A stretch of DNA of 64,000 nt from Fonticula alba ATCC 38817. Lineage: Eukaryota; Protista; Nucleariida. This document shows, piece by piece, positions 62,953-64,000 of this stretch (the stretch's first letter is position 1; each line of letters starts with the position of its first letter). The stretch lies in NCBI GenBank assembly GCA_000388065.2, contig KB932204.1. One strand, given 5' to 3'. The notes below the pieces were generated by a model. The model saw only the letters and a list, made by a program, of their open reading frames with translations, was not told the origin of the DNA and made no database searches. The position numbers and the translations under genes were made by a program.

Positions 62953-64000
62953 GGTTGTGGGGCGAGGGGAGGGGGGGGGTGGGCAGGAGGAGGGGAGGCC
63001 TAAGAGCGCCCGAGCATGGAGAGCGGGAAGCAGGAGGGAGGAGGGGAGGCAGAGGTGAACGGGGGAGGGGAGGGGGGGGGGGCACAGCTCGGGGGTGACA
63101 ATCTGTCCGGCAGCCTGAGCGGTCGGGGGGGATCTCCGGGTGCCCTTTTGTCACTTGGGGGGTTATGGTGTGGATCTCGTTCTCGCTCCTGGCCCTGGGG
63201 GGAGGGGGGGGGGGGGATGCCTGTGCCCACGGCCCTCGGGGCCCCTGCTGCACTGTTGCGCTTGGTCCCTTCGGTGAACGGGGCTTCTTTGTGTTGTGAC
63301 CTGGCTTTCCGGGGCGCCCCCGCGCGAGGGCACCCCCCTCCTCCTCATAGGGCCCCGGCGTTCGGTGGGGATGTATTGGCCCCCAGCGCGCCAGCCCCCG
63401 AGAAATGTGCTTGCTCTCCGCGCGGCGGGCGGATCGAGTCGGCCCCATCTCCCTTGTCCGGCCCCTCCGCCCGGCCCCGTGCAGGTGGCCCACCTGCTTC
63501 CCTGGGCGGGCCCGCGGGGCCTGTATGCACCCCTCCCCCCCCCCCCCACTCAGACGCTGTTCGTCGGCCGGGCTCCTCTTTGTCGGCTCGAGGGCCAGGC
63601 GGCCCCCCGGAGCGCTGGTGGGCGCAGGCGGGTCGGGCTCTAATCCCCAAGAAACAACACACACGCACCCAGCGGAGCCACACATTTGCGGCGGTACGCA
63701 CATGGCCGTGCCGTCTAGGTGTGTCCCTCTGTTGTTTCCGCCCCCTAGGCCAGGCTCCACGAGAGTGGGGCGTCGCAGTTTTTGAATCCTGGCCCCCTAC
63801 AGGGCACAGCGTGAAAATGCCCGGCTCACGGCCCCTACCAGCCTGGAATCCACAGCCCGTCGCGCTGTGTAACATCGCCCTACACTGATCCAACGCCCCC
63901 CTCGCCCCCCCTCGCGCCTCGTCGGCTAGCGCCACCCTCCGGAGGGAGTCTGCTTACAGTGCCGTGTGCATCCTAGCGCTCTCCCCCCCCCCCCCCCCCC

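Noticed and set aside
1-64000. CRISPR arrays, rRNA, snRNA, transposase or reverse-transcriptase genes
   Set aside because: No spaced direct repeats and no recognisable signatures on reading by eye; an Infernal/Rfam and Dfam scan would be needed to exclude divergent ones.

Overview
GC-rich eukaryotic genomic DNA with spliceosomal introns (GTGCGT/GTACGT donors, CTAAC/CTGAC branch points, (CA)n/(GA)n tracts and long C/G homopolymers). The gene set suggests a unicellular opisthokont near the fungal root (Fonticula/nucleariid-like); this is inference. Thirteen intron-containing protein genes were reconstructed by hand: an MpaB/Lcp (DUF2236)-type oxygenase with a long disordered N-terminus, METTL9, a Vip1/BPA1-like RRM protein, a divergent PLC-delta-like phospholipase, an FtsX/MacB (ABC3)-type permease with no ATPase domain, a 7TM receptor with a probable degenerate RGS domain and a Cys cluster, D-amino-acid oxidase, an SH3-WW-REM-CDC25 RasGEF, hexokinase, mitochondrial uS17, SmD1, a 5'-truncated SLU7 and a TMEM184/OST-alpha protein. 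No rRNA, tRNA, CRISPR array or mobile element was recognised. The assembly contains Illumina TruSeq adapter/index sequence and read-length tandem duplications that create false frameshifts. The strongest biological leads are the 7TM-RGS-like receptor with a ferredoxin-spaced Cys motif, the PLC missing a Ca2+-ligand glutamate, and two bacterial-type domains in intron-bearing genes (DUF2236 oxygenase, ABC3 permease).
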